A DNA stretch of 64,000 nt from Candidatus Babelota bacterium (lineage in GTDB: Bacteria; Babelota; Babeliae; Babelales; Vermiphilaceae), in assembly GCA_029262615.1 (NCBI GenBank), contig JAJCZD010000005.1, positions 265,317-329,316 on the forward strand, in the 5' to 3' direction. This document shows positions 18,023 through 27,931 of the stretch, piece after piece. Every line of letters begins with the position of its first letter. Position 1 is the stretch's first letter. The translations under genes were made by a program, and so were the position numbers. Below the pieces are notes generated by a model. It had not been told where the DNA came from and did no database searches. It was given only the letters and a program-made list of their open reading frames with translations.

Positions 18023-20587
18023 TCACTTTACTTTTATCTCACCTTTTTCTAAAGCAACATCAATTTTTTTAACATCTGGTTTTTTTAACAAATATTGTGA
18101 GATTGGTACACTAATATATTGTTGAATAGCTCGTTTTAATGGTCGTGCACCAAACTCTGGGACGTACCCTTTTGTGGCAATATCTTTAATCGCTTGGTCA
18201 GAAACATGCAATTCAATCCCACGCTCTTTTAATCGTTTTTCTAAATACCCAAGATGAATCTTTGCAATTGTTACCATATCTTTTTCTGTAAGACTGCGGA
18301 AAAAGACTATTGCATCAATTCGATTGAGGAATTCTGGTCGAAATGTTTTGTGCAACATTTTTGTGACTTGCTCTTTTACCTTATCGGTAATTTTACCCGC
18401 TTCAAGAATAACGTGCGAGCCGATATTTGAGGTCATAATAATAATACAGTTTTTAAATGACACGGTGCGGCCTTGCCCGTCGGTTAATTGGCCTTCATCT
18501 AAGATTTGTAAAAAGATATTAAAGACTTCTGGTGCGGCTTTTTCAATCTCATCAAATAAAACAACTGAGTATGGGTGACGGCGCACATATTCGGTTAACT
18601 GACCACCTTCTTCATAGCCAACATATCCTGGAGGTGCTCCAATCAAACGCGCAACTGCATGTTTTTCCATATATTCTGACATATCAATGCGTATCATTTT
18701 ATTAGGATCATTAAACAAAAAGTCTGCTAAAGTTTTGGCTACTTCCGTTTTTCCAACTCCTGTTGGGCCTAAAAATAAAAATGAACCAATAGGTTTATTA
18801 GGATCAGTTAAACCAGTGCGGTGCATTTGTATTGCATGTGCAACTTTTTTGATTGCCTCATCTTGGCCTACAACGCGCTTTTCTAAAATACTTTCCATTT
18901 TAAGTAGTTTTTCTTTTTCACTAGCTTTAAGCTTTTCAACTGGGATTTTGGTCCATCGAGAAAGAACGGCCGCAATATCATCCTCATCAACCTCTTGCTT
19001 GAGTAGTTTTGTTTTTAGTTTTTGTATCTTCTTTTGTTCTTCTTCTAATTGTTGTTCAAGCTTTGCAATGGTTCCATATTTAATCTCAGATGCTTTTGCA
19101 TAGTCGCCATCAAGCTCGGCCATATGGAATTGGTAATTTGCTTTTTCTATCTCTTCCTTAATTTTATTTATTTTAACCAGAGGTGCTTTTTCTGCCTGCC
19201 ATTGCTGCATGAGCATACGATGTTGTTCTTTTATGTTCTCTAATTCTTTTTCTAAATCTTTTAATCTTTTTTGTGATTCTAAGTCAGGCTCTTTTTTGAG
19301 TGCAACTTTTTCAATCTCAAGTTGGCGAATTTTGCGTTCAAGCTTATCAATTTCCTCAGGATGAGAATCGATTGCCATTTTAATCATTGATGCAGCCTCA
19401 TCGACTAGATCAATTGCTTTATCAGGTAAAAAACGAACAGCAATGTATTGATTAGATAATTTTACTGCATCAACCAATGCCTGATCTTTTATTCTAATGC
19501 CATGATGCAATTCATATCGTTCTTTAAGCCCACGTAAAATGGAGATTGCATCCTCAATTGATGGTTCTTCAACTAATACTTTTTGAAACCGGCGCTCAAG
19601 GGCTGCATCTTTTTCAATATATTTTCGATATTCTGCTAACGTAGTTGCGCCAATACAGTGCAAAATGCCTCGTGCAAGTGCTGGTTTTAATAAATTAGAT
19701 GCATCCATACCACCACCAGCTGCCTGACCGGCACCAACTAGCATGTGCATTTCATCTATAAACAGAATTATTTTTCCATCTGAATCTTCAATTTCTTTGA
19801 GCACTGCTTTTAATCTTTGTTCAAACTCACCTTGGTATTTTGCACCTGCTATTAATCTGCCAAGGTCAAGTGCCCAAATCTGTTTACCTTTTAAACTCTC
19901 TGGTACATCATTATTAATAATGCGCTGAGCAATACCTTCTACAATTGCGGTTTTACCAACTCCAGGTTCACCAATTAAAACGGGATTATTTTTTGTTCGC
20001 CGAGATAATATTTGGATAACGCGCCGAATTTCCTCATGCCGCCCAATTACTGGATCTAATTTGCCTTCTTTTGCCTGCTCAGTGATATTGGTGCAATATT
20101 TTTGCAAAGCTTGATATGAGCTTTCAGCTTGTTTATCCATAACTGTTTTCCCTTTTCTTAATTTTTTTATATGAGCCAGAATAACATCATGAGTAAATTT
20201 GTTTTGTCGAAATAATGCCCGAATAGAAGTTGGTAAGTGTTCTGTTTTACTCCATTGCAACAAAAACGATTCCAGGCTCACGTACTGATCACCCAACTGA
20301 TTTGCTTGTTGCAAGCAGCCCCGCAGAAACTCATCCATTATATGATCAGCGGCCAATTGCGTGCCAGTTGCAACCGGTAGGTTATCAAGCTCTTGATTAA
20401 TTATTTCTTGTAGGGGTTGTACTGGCACATTAAGTGCATTAAAAAATGAAATACAGAAATCATCTTGCAGGCCAGCTGCTAAAGTGTGCAGTGGTTGCAA
20501 AACCGGATTACGCCGTTCTGTTGCAATCTGTACCGCACGGTTTAGTAGTTCCGCAGATGCATTGGTGAATTTTTCAGTCATTTGCAT
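18023..20587 (-). CDS. clpB: ATP-dependent chaperone/disaggregase ClpB
   Basis: Two AAA+ modules (GEPGVGKT and GPTGVGKT Walker A), the long coiled-coil middle domain between them, and the Clp N-domain. 854 aa. Confidence 0.95.
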   Translation of the reverse strand: MQMTEKFTNASAELLNRAVQIATERRNPVLQPLHTLAAGLQDDFCISFFNALNVPVQPLQEIINQELDNLPVATGTQLAADHIMDEFLRGCLQQANQLGDQYVSLESFLLQWSKTEHLPTSIRALFRQNKFTHDVILAHIKKLRKGKTVMDKQAESSYQALQKYCTNITEQAKEGKLDPVIGRHEEIRRVIQILSRRTKNNPVLIGEPGVGKTAIVEGIAQRIINNDVPESLKGKQIWALDLGRLIAGAKYQGEFEQRLKAVLKEIEDSDGKIILFIDEMHMLVGAGQAAGGGMDASNLLKPALARGILHCIGATTLAEYRKYIEKDAALERRFQKVLVEEPSIEDAISILRGLKERYELHHGIRIKDQALVDAVKLSNQYIAVRFLPDKAIDLVDEAASMIKMAIDSHPEEIDKLERKIRQLEIEKVALKKEPDLESQKRLKDLEKELENIKEQHRMLMQQWQAEKAPLVKINKIKEEIEKANYQFHMAELDGDYAKASEIKYGTIAKLEQQLEEEQKKIQKLKTKLLKQEVDEDDIAAVLSRWTKIPVEKLKASEKEKLLKMESILEKRVVGQDEAIKKVAHAIQMHRTGLTDPNKPIGSFLFLGPTGVGKTEVAKTLADFLFNDPNKMIRIDMSEYMEKHAVARLIGAPPGYVGYEEGGQLTEYVRRHPYSVVLFDEIEKAAPEVFNIFLQILDEGQLTDGQGRTVSFKNCIIIMTSNIGSHVILEAGKITDKVKEQVTKMLHKTFRPEFLNRIDAIVFFRSLTEKDMVTIAKIHLGYLEKRLKERGIELHVSDQAIKDIATKGYVPEFGARPLKRAIQQYISVPISQYLLKKPDVKKIDVALEKGEIKVK

Positions 20588-20643
20588 AAAAAAACCTTAT
20601 AATTATACTCTTTATTATATTTTACTACATTTATGAGGGACTT

Positions 20644-21027
20644 ATGAATACGTTTGTTAAATTTGTATTATTCAGTATTTTTTTTCTTTCTTACAATTTT
20701 TGTATGGATAAAAAAACTAATTTTGAAAAAACTGAAATAATAATCTCAAAAGAAGAAATTCCTAAGGACCAAGTTAATTTTTTTTTGAAGTATTTTAGAT
20801 TCAATCAATCAGTTTCTAGAGCTGAAACAAAAGATGCTATAGCTTATTTACAATGTGCGAGAAATAAAAAAGAAGAACAACTACACCTTGTATTTACAAA
20901 ATCTGATAATAAAATTTATTGGAGATGGAACCAACCTCCTGAAATGTCGGCTGCGCCATATGTTTGGTTCACTTTTCTTGAAAATCAATATCAGAAACAA
21001 AAAAAAGAAAATCCAAAAAATAATTAA
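20644..21027 (+). CDS. Small secreted protein, tandem family member 1
   Basis: GAGGGA just upstream of the ATG. Leader MNTFVKFVLFSIFFLSYNFC-M. C-terminal WFTFLENQ motif shared with the three neighbours. Confidence 0.6.
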   Translation: MNTFVKFVLFSIFFLSYNFCMDKKTNFEKTEIIISKEEIPKDQVNFFLKYFRFNQSVSRAETKDAIAYLQCARNKKEEQLHLVFTKSDNKIYWRWNQPPEMSAAPYVWFTFLENQYQKQKKENPKNN

Positions 21028-21050
21028 TCTTATTTTCTGAGGAAAAAAAT

Positions 21051-21527
21051 ATGAATACGTTTTATAAATTAGTTTTTATGTTAAGTGTCGTAACTTCATT
21101 GCACTGTATGCAAAAAAAACAACCAATATCCCAAAAACAAAAACAATTAAATAAGTTTGGGTTCGGTCATCTTGCTAATGTGGCTGTTATGATGGAAAGA
21201 AAAAGACCTAAAGTATTGAAAAAAATATTTAAACTCGACGAACCAATTTTTAGAGAAAAGAAAGGTAATACAATTACTTTTTCTCAATATGGAAGAACTG
21301 GATCTCCAGTAGATGGGGACAATGGGTCTCCATTTATTACATTAAACACAAAAAATGGTAAAATAACTGCACGTTATGAATGCCTCGAGCATACCGGAGG
21401 AAATGAATTTGCAGAATGGCAAGAACCAGTTAAGATTGACCAGCAATCTATAGAAAAGATATTTAGATACTTAGAAGAAAAACACAGATACGAAAGTGAA
21501 TCTACAGATTGGCAAGCGTCATTATGA
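21051..21527 (+). CDS. Small secreted protein, tandem family member 2
   Basis: TGAGGA RBS 7 nt upstream. Leader MNTFYKLVFMLSVVTSLHC-M. C-terminal IFRYLEEK motif. Confidence 0.6.
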   Translation: MNTFYKLVFMLSVVTSLHCMQKKQPISQKQKQLNKFGFGHLANVAVMMERKRPKVLKKIFKLDEPIFREKKGNTITFSQYGRTGSPVDGDNGSPFITLNTKNGKITARYECLEHTGGNEFAEWQEPVKIDQQSIEKIFRYLEEKHRYESESTDWQASL

Positions 21528-21551
21528 TTCAGAGAACTTTAAGATTTGTTT

Positions 21552-21971
21552 ATGAACAAACTAATTCTTTCCTTTTGTTTAAGCATTCCAAGTTTTCTGC
21601 AATGCATGATCTCCTCCGATAAACCTCAAAAGAGTATTTCCATTAAAAATCCTCCAAAAGGGGCAGATGAAATTTTTAATTTGGAAGTAGAAAAGCCAAT
21701 AGTGTATTGGCAGGACGCAACGCAAATTACAAAATACATTCAAATCTACAATGTAAAAGGAGTTTGTCATCGGCGAGCTCTTTTATACAATAAACAAAGA
21801 AAACAATTGCATGTAATGCAAGGACAATTAATAGGAAAAAAACAGACTTTGAACTCGCCATCCTGTTGCAAATTAGTTAAAGTAAAGAAGGTTAAGGTAC
21901 CAACAGAAGTAATACAAGAAATATTTGATTTCTTAGAAGTACAAGTCAAAAATAACAAGGAGCAATTATGA
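21552..21971 (+). CDS. Small secreted protein, tandem family member 3
   Basis: ATG at 21552 (the ORF track begins at TTG 21546). Leader MNKLILSFCLSIPSFLQC-M. C-terminal IFDFLEVQ motif. Confidence 0.55.
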   Translation: MNKLILSFCLSIPSFLQCMISSDKPQKSISIKNPPKGADEIFNLEVEKPIVYWQDATQITKYIQIYNVKGVCHRRALLYNKQRKQLHVMQGQLIGKKQTLNSPSCCKLVKVKKVKVPTEVIQEIFDFLEVQVKNNKEQL

Positions 21972-22384
21972 ATATTTATAAATCATTTTTAATTTTGAGC
22001 ATTCTAACTTCTTTTGCAATTAAATGTATGAATTCAGATAATAATAAAACAGTCATAGCTCCAGAAGAATTTAAGCAATTTTTTGTGCAGAAATGTCGGA
22101 TTAAACGTCACGAAACTCCAGTGAGTATTGAATTTAAACAATCGTATAAAAAAGGTGATACAATTTTTGAATGTGCCCTGACCTATGATAAACAAAACGG
22201 CGGTTTAAAGTATTCTAAAAATGAGTTTGAAGACCTTGAGAATCTTCTGCAAACTAATCCTGAGTACTTTTCATGTACATTACCTCCAATTGAAAATGAT
22301 GACGAAAATAATGACAATGATTCAGCGATATTACGAAGATTATATGAATTCTTGGAACAAGTAACAAAAGTAAAAAAGAATTAA
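21968..22384 (+). CDS. Small secreted protein, tandem family member 4
   Basis: AAGGAG RBS. ATGA overlap with member 3. Leader MNIYKSFLILSILTSFAIKC-M. C-terminal LYEFLEQV motif. Confidence 0.6.
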   Translation: MNIYKSFLILSILTSFAIKCMNSDNNKTVIAPEEFKQFFVQKCRIKRHETPVSIEFKQSYKKGDTIFECALTYDKQNGGLKYSKNEFEDLENLLQTNPEYFSCTLPPIENDDENNDNDSAILRRLYEFLEQVTKVKKN

Positions 22385-22407
22385 AAAGAAAAAAAATCAA
22401 ATAAAAA

Positions 22408-23688
22408 CTAATTTTTCCCAATCTTTCTTTTTAATCGATGATAACTGATGGCAAAATGGTGTGCATAATCACGCAAAGCAATTAGCAATTTACCAATATT
22501 AGTTTGGATATCAAGCTTTATACCATCTTTAAAATGTTTACCATAAATAGTCTCTTCTCGTTTTGCCAATGAAATGCAATTGGCTTGTGGGATAATTTTC
22601 TCAACAGAGCTCAACTGACCTTTGCCACCATCTATAAGTACCAAATCAGGAATATCATCCGAGTTACGATAACGACGAGAAACAATCTCTTGCAAACAAG
22701 CATAATCATTTTGCTGGGTGAGTGTTTTAATTTTAAATCTTCGAAAACTATTTTTTTCTGGCTTGCCATTAACAAAACGTACGCATGAACCAACCAAATA
22801 ACTACTTTGAAAGTGGGAAATATCAAAGCAATCTATAGAAATAATTGGCTTTTCGGCTTTGGTTAATTCTTGTAACTGCGTGCTGGTTTGAACATAATTT
22901 ATTTTTTGTGGTGCGGTTGCGTGGAAAATCGCCGGTTCAAACTTTGATTCTTTAAATTTGGTGCTTAGCGTTTCAAAAATAGTTTCAAATGTATCAAGAT
23001 ACTGCATTAATTTGCGTGCTTTTTCAAATGCAAGTTCAGTATTGTATTCAATAATTTTTTCTTTAATTTTTTTTCTAAACGGTTTCTGATTATTTTTCAG
23101 AACATCCATGGCCAACTGCAAACGGAATACATAATCGCGCACAGAAAATCCATCTTTACAGTTGCCCGCACAATTTCCCAAATGGAATTGCAAGCAACCA
23201 TTAGCAATACTTTTGTTGCAGATATTGAGCTTGAAAACCTGCCTTAAAAAGTTATACATTTTGCGTGCATCACCTTTGTGCAGGAACGGACCAAAATAAA
23301 AACCTTTATCTTTTTTATTACGTACAATTTTTAATTGGGGTAAATGGCCTCTGCCATTCCACGTATCTAAACATTTAGTAAATACAATATAGACAAATGG
23401 CTGGCCAGTTTTTAGCAACACATTATATTTTGGCTCGTACCGAGCAATCAATTGTGCTTCTAACAAGAGTGCTTCAATTTCATTCTTGGTTGGAATCCAC
23501 GCAACGGTATCATGCTCTTGAACCAAAAAACCAACCTTAGCAACCGGATTATTTTTTTGGAAATAGCTTTTTACTCGGCTTTTAAGGCACTTTGCCTTTC
23601 CGATATATATAATCTCGTTTTTATCATTTTTAAACAGATACACACCCGGTGACCTGGGAAGTGAAAGTTGCATGGCTATTTGCTCCAA
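22408..23688 (-). CDS. uvrC: UvrC-like excinuclease subunit, short form lacking the C-terminal (HhH)2 domain
   Basis: GIY-YIG (GVYLFKNDKNEIIYIGKAKCLKSRVKSYF), Cys cluster CLQFHLGNCAGNC, UVR-like helix (EYNTELAFEKARKLMQYL), RNaseH-like endonuclease domain (IDCFDISHFQ...LVLIDGGKGQL...RDYAHHFAISYHR). The ORF ends 23 nt from a convergent gene. Confidence 0.8.
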   Translation of the reverse strand: MEQIAMQLSLPRSPGVYLFKNDKNEIIYIGKAKCLKSRVKSYFQKNNPVAKVGFLVQEHDTVAWIPTKNEIEALLLEAQLIARYEPKYNVLLKTGQPFVYIVFTKCLDTWNGRGHLPQLKIVRNKKDKGFYFGPFLHKGDARKMYNFLRQVFKLNICNKSIANGCLQFHLGNCAGNCKDGFSVRDYVFRLQLAMDVLKNNQKPFRKKIKEKIIEYNTELAFEKARKLMQYLDTFETIFETLSTKFKESKFEPAIFHATAPQKINYVQTSTQLQELTKAEKPIISIDCFDISHFQSSYLVGSCVRFVNGKPEKNSFRRFKIKTLTQQNDYACLQEIVSRRYRNSDDIPDLVLIDGGKGQLSSVEKIIPQANCISLAKREETIYGKHFKDGIKLDIQTNIGKLLIALRDYAHHFAISYHRLKRKIGKN

Positions 23689-23856
23689 TTAATTTCTAAT
23701 AGTATAACAAGTCTGTCAATATATGCAATGCGAGCTAGCATGTGGCTTGCTACTGTTTCCAGGCTATTTTTTATTAATTTTGTTTTTTCGTTTACCTTGT
23801 GTGCAAAACAAACTATTCTTAAAACAAAACGAAACCTTTAATTTTCTGGAGCGATA

Positions 23857-25038
23857 ATGCGCGCAAGAACACTCTTTTTGTTTGCAGGGTGTGCACTGTT
23901 TGGCTGGTTTTTATTTAGCAGTTATTCTTATTTCTGTGATAGATCAAAACCACATTTAATTTTGCATGGTGTTAAGCAGGGTCAATTTTATTCTGATTCA
24001 ATTAATATGTTGGTCTCAAGTGATAAGACGGGATATTTTTGTTTATTCATTGATAATAAAGAGATAGTTGGTCAACAGCGGATTAAGGCAAAAGATCTTG
24101 AGCAAACCATTACACTTAGTTTACAAGATTTTGCTGGCGGTATTCATACATTAAAAACGGTTTTTACTGACACTACTTTTCATAAAAATACTATTACTCA
24201 AGAGGTAGATTTTTATGTTGATAATGTAAATCTCGAAGCACATTTATTAAAAAATGGTGACTATAGTGTTTTGCAAGGGCGGACACTAAAGATCGCATTT
24301 TGTGTAAATAAGCCAATTGCTCAAGCCAAGCTTTCTGCTTTTGCTAATGTGTATGACTGCGTATTAACCGAACCAAATACCTACGAATGTTATGTACCAA
24401 TACCATGTGAGGAAAAAGTACAAAATTATCTATTTTCGGTAAAAATAAAAGATAATGTAGGTGCTATTTTTGAATTGCAAGATCGTTTTAAAATTATTGC
24501 AGGCCAATTCAAAACACAACGTATTACGGTCAATAAAGAAAAAATTGTACAAGAAAAAGAGTTGGGAAGATCTAAAGTAGAGTTTGAAACAGAACTTGCA
24601 TTGATTGCACAAAATTCACCAAAGAAAAAATTGTGGCAAGGTCCTTTTTGTGCACCAATTGATATAACAAGAACAACATGTGAGTTTGGTACTATGCGTA
24701 CCACACAAGAAAAAGGGCGCTATCGACATTCAGCATTGGATGTGATTAATTTACCCAAAAGTGTAGTATGGGCGACCCAAGATGGGGTTATTGCTCTAAA
24801 AGACCGTTTTGCAGAAAGTGGTAATACTATTGTAATTGATCATGGTTGTGGAATCGTTTCTTTATTTTTCCATCTAGATGAATTTGCTGAGATTGAAGTT
24901 GGGCAAAAAATTTGCAAAGGCAACCCAGTAGGTACCCTTGGAAAAACTGGTTATGCAGCTGGCTATCATTTGCATTGGGAGATGCGCATAAAAAACATTG
25001 CTGTTGATCCTATGCAATGGGTTAATGAACTCATTTAA
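23857..25038 (+). CDS. M23 (LytM-type) metallopeptidase with N-terminal membrane anchor
   Basis: HSALDV, GNTIVIDHGCGIVSLFFHL and GKTGYAAGYHLHWEMRI (HxxxD and HxH zinc motifs). Confidence 0.85.
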   Translation: MRARTLFLFAGCALFGWFLFSSYSYFCDRSKPHLILHGVKQGQFYSDSINMLVSSDKTGYFCLFIDNKEIVGQQRIKAKDLEQTITLSLQDFAGGIHTLKTVFTDTTFHKNTITQEVDFYVDNVNLEAHLLKNGDYSVLQGRTLKIAFCVNKPIAQAKLSAFANVYDCVLTEPNTYECYVPIPCEEKVQNYLFSVKIKDNVGAIFELQDRFKIIAGQFKTQRITVNKEKIVQEKELGRSKVEFETELALIAQNSPKKKLWQGPFCAPIDITRTTCEFGTMRTTQEKGRYRHSALDVINLPKSVVWATQDGVIALKDRFAESGNTIVIDHGCGIVSLFFHLDEFAEIEVGQKICKGNPVGTLGKTGYAAGYHLHWEMRIKNIAVDPMQWVNELI

Positions 25039-25606
25039 AAACGGGAGAGTAGAGTTGTTTTTTATTCCACGTGGTAACAAGTGGTATGCACGGCTAGTGC
25101 AAATAAATCCATTTTGGCGGTATGGGCTTACCTTCATGAGCTTGTTTGTTACATTCAGTTTGTGGTTCTTTTTTATTCATGCAGCCATCGATCACCAGAT
25201 TATGCAGTTTCGAATGGAAACAGAAAGTTGCTGCCGACAAAATAAACGTTGCAATGTTGCACAGAATAAATGCGTGTCATTGCAAGAAAGGATTCAGTCT
25301 CAAGGAATAAAGTTAAAACAAATAGTAAATGCGTTTCCGTCGGTAAAAACTGCACAGTATACCGATCATATTATTACTATGATGGCCAACAATGGTCTAC
25401 AACTTGTCTCTTGTACAATTGGTAGCAAACCAACTGAGTCTTGTTTGTCTATAAAGACTCAAGGTGATTGGGGCCAGGTGCAATTATTTCTAAAAGATTT
25501 AGTGCACAAAGAGCAATCAATTACCATTGAAGATTTTATATTACAAAAAAATGATACACAGTTCTCTGTTGCAGCAACAATTTCACTACACCAAGTTTTA
25601 GTATAA
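25025..25606 (+). CDS. Hypothetical bitopic membrane protein (PilO/GspM-like topology, speculative)
   Basis: ATG 25025 overlaps the M23 stop by 14 nt. TM helix LTFMSLFVTFSLWFFFI, a coiled-coil, then a C-domain IKTQGDWGQVQLFLKDLVHKEQSITIEDFILQK resembling the PilO G.Y..l..Fl..L pattern. Confidence 0.4.
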   Translation: MNSFKNGRVELFFIPRGNKWYARLVQINPFWRYGLTFMSLFVTFSLWFFFIHAAIDHQIMQFRMETESCCRQNKRCNVAQNKCVSLQERIQSQGIKLKQIVNAFPSVKTAQYTDHIITMMANNGLQLVSCTIGSKPTESCLSIKTQGDWGQVQLFLKDLVHKEQSITIEDFILQKNDTQFSVAATISLHQVLV

Positions 25607-25615
25607 AAAGTAAAG

Positions 25616-25641
25616 CCCTTCAACTTGGGAAAGCTGAAGGG
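25616..25641 (+). terminator. Hairpin 1 downstream of the 25025-25606 gene
   Basis: CCCTTCA (25616-25622) pairs with TGAAGGG (25635-25641); 12-nt loop. No clear U-tract. Confidence 0.35.
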
Positions 25642-25650
25642 TTAGGGGGG

Positions 25651-25678
25651 TGAACAATACTTTTTATTGTATTGTTCA
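25651..25678 (+). terminator. Hairpin 2 (10-bp perfect stem), candidate intrinsic terminator
   Basis: TGAACAATAC (25651-25660), loop TTTTTATT, GTATTGTTCA (25669-25678), followed by TTT. Confidence 0.45.
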
Positions 25679-25858
25679 TTTAGGGACGTTTTTATTTCTA
25701 TTTTTTGATTGAATCTGGCAAAATCGTACCAATCCGCATTGATATTGTCAAGGAAAAGTACGAAAAAACTAACCTTTCGGGATAGTTGAGCTCAAGGTCT
25801 TTTTTACTTTTTTAATCGTGTTATTATAAAATTAAATTAGGTTACAAAGGTCTATGAT

Positions 25859-26461
25859 ATGAAAAAGTTTTTATCCACACTTTCTTTTCTAGTTTTATTA
25901 TTTTTAAGTTCATGTAAAAAGCGTGCAAAAGAAGTAAACCCAGCCGAGTTAGAATCTTCTACCACCTCGATTGATATACCTGTACCGATTGAAAAAGAAA
26001 CAGTTGTGATGCAAGTAGAAGGCGTTGAGTGCCCACTTTGTGCACAACTAGTAGTTGATAAAGTACAAGCAATTGATGGCGTAACCAGTGCTGGTTATTT
26101 TGTGCAAAACGATGATTTTGAAAAAGGATATCTTCGGTTTAAATGGCAAAAAGAAGCAAGTATTCCCGTTAAAGAATTAATGACCACAATCGAGGCACAA
26201 GGCTTTACCATCTTACAATTAACCGGGCCTTTTATAGGGAAGTTTTTATTTAATTATCAACAACAGCAAATATTTAGCTTCGATGATTCTGATCTTGCCT
26301 TCCCAATAAGCTTAAGTAGACATGCCGACATTCCAATTGATAATAAAAATTGGGCTATGCTACTTGAAAAAGGAACGGTTGATATTGTAGCCACCCTCAA
26401 ATTAACTGAGGATGGCCAAGCTTTTATATTTGTTCCAAAGCGTTTATATGAAGCAGTTTAG
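25859..26461 (+). CDS. Lipoprotein with heavy-metal-associated (HMA)-like domain
   Basis: Lipobox-like FLSSC after the signal peptide. VEGVECPLCAQLVVDKVQAIDGV matches the HMA M/L-x-C-x-x-C metal-binding loop. Confidence 0.6.
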   Translation: MKKFLSTLSFLVLLFLSSCKKRAKEVNPAELESSTTSIDIPVPIEKETVVMQVEGVECPLCAQLVVDKVQAIDGVTSAGYFVQNDDFEKGYLRFKWQKEASIPVKELMTTIEAQGFTILQLTGPFIGKFLFNYQQQQIFSFDDSDLAFPISLSRHADIPIDNKNWAMLLEKGTVDIVATLKLTEDGQAFIFVPKRLYEAV

Positions 26462-27834
26462 AAATACTGTTCTTTTTCCCAATCAGTAATAAAACGATTA
26501 AAGCATTTAATTTCTTCAGTTTTTATTTCAAGAAATTTGTTTACTAATTGTTGGCCTAAATACATTGGTGCCAATCTACTTTTTTGTAGCAGTTCAAGTG
26601 CATCGGGCAGTGTTGTTGGCAAGGTTGTTGTATTACACTTTTTTATTTCTTCTTTTGTCATTTCAAATATTGATTTTTCAATTGGCGCATCAATTTCATA
26701 TTGGTTTTTTATGCCTTCAAGCCCTGCAGCAAGTATACTTGCAAAAGCTAAATAAGGATTACACATGCCATCTGGACAGCGCAGTTCAGCTCGTGCTGCT
26801 GCAGCGTGTGTAGGATCAAACTGCGGAATGCGCACGCAAGCACTTCTATTTTTCTTACCCCAGCAAACATAAACTGGCGCTTCATAACCAGGAACTAAGC
26901 GTTTGTATGAATTAATAGTGGGCGCAAAAAAAGAACACAGTTCTGGAATATGTTTTAATACGCCTGCAATAAAATGTTTTGCCAGTGGAGACAAATTATA
27001 TAGGTCTTGCTCATCATAAAAAAGATTTTCACCAGTTTTTATATCTTTCAAACTAAAATGAATGTGCATGCCAGAGCCATTTTGATTACTCATAGGCTTT
27101 GGCATGAAAGTTGCTATCATATCCATTTGTTGTGCTAATATTTTTATTGTATGGCGCGCTTTGATCAGATGATCTGCCATGCTTAGTGCATCAGTGTACA
27201 CAATGCTCATTTCATTTTGGCCAGAGGCAACCTCGTGGTGCCATTTTGCAATTGGGATTCCCTGTGCTTTGAGCGTTGAGAATATTGTTTTTTTGTTTGC
27301 ATACATAGCCAAATCTGTATCTGTGCCAAAATAGGTGCAGTTATCTGCCGGGTTTTTATCTTTTTTGCATAAAAAAAATTCAAGTTCTGGGCCAACCATG
27401 AAATCATACCCAAGCTCACGGGCTTCATGCATAATTTGTTTGAGCATGTGGCGTGCATCAGTTTTATACGCTTTATTATTATCATCATGTACATTGCATA
27501 TTAGTTGCCCGGTTTTTTGGAATCCTTTGGTCCAGGGCACTGCACAAAAAGATTTAATATCTGCTTTAAGTAATAAATCGCTATCATTAATATGGGTAAA
27601 GCCTGGAATGGATGAACCATCAAAATACAAACCACGAAAGACCGCTGAGGATACCTCATCTTGGGGAATTAATACTGTTTTTATATTACCCAGTAGGTCA
27701 GTAAACATAAACTCAACATATTCAAATTTGTGTTCTTGAATTGTTCTTTTTAAATCAGTTGAGGTAAGAGGTGTTTCAATTTTAGTTGCGAGTAATGAGT
27801 ATACAGAAAATAAAAGGAATAGATTTTTTTTCAT
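26458..27834 (-). CDS. glnA: Glutamine synthetase type I, with a hydrophobic N-terminal extension
   Basis: FMFTDLLGNIK beta-grasp; MPKPMSNQNGSGMHIHFSL; NSYKRLVPGYEAP; catalytic-domain motifs throughout. The first 20 aa, MKKNLFLLFSVYSLLATKIE, look like a signal peptide. Confidence 0.9.
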   Translation of the reverse strand: MKKNLFLLFSVYSLLATKIETPLTSTDLKRTIQEHKFEYVEFMFTDLLGNIKTVLIPQDEVSSAVFRGLYFDGSSIPGFTHINDSDLLLKADIKSFCAVPWTKGFQKTGQLICNVHDDNNKAYKTDARHMLKQIMHEARELGYDFMVGPELEFFLCKKDKNPADNCTYFGTDTDLAMYANKKTIFSTLKAQGIPIAKWHHEVASGQNEMSIVYTDALSMADHLIKARHTIKILAQQMDMIATFMPKPMSNQNGSGMHIHFSLKDIKTGENLFYDEQDLYNLSPLAKHFIAGVLKHIPELCSFFAPTINSYKRLVPGYEAPVYVCWGKKNRSACVRIPQFDPTHAAAARAELRCPDGMCNPYLAFASILAAGLEGIKNQYEIDAPIEKSIFEMTKEEIKKCNTTTLPTTLPDALELLQKSRLAPMYLGQQLVNKFLEIKTEEIKCFNRFITDWEKEQYF

Positions 27835-27931
27835 TTTGTTTTCTCCTCTTTAAAATTAAGAATACGTTTTATAAGCTAAAGGGTTAATTTTTAGTCAAAG
27901 ATAAGTATTATTATTTTGCAAGTCAATTTCT

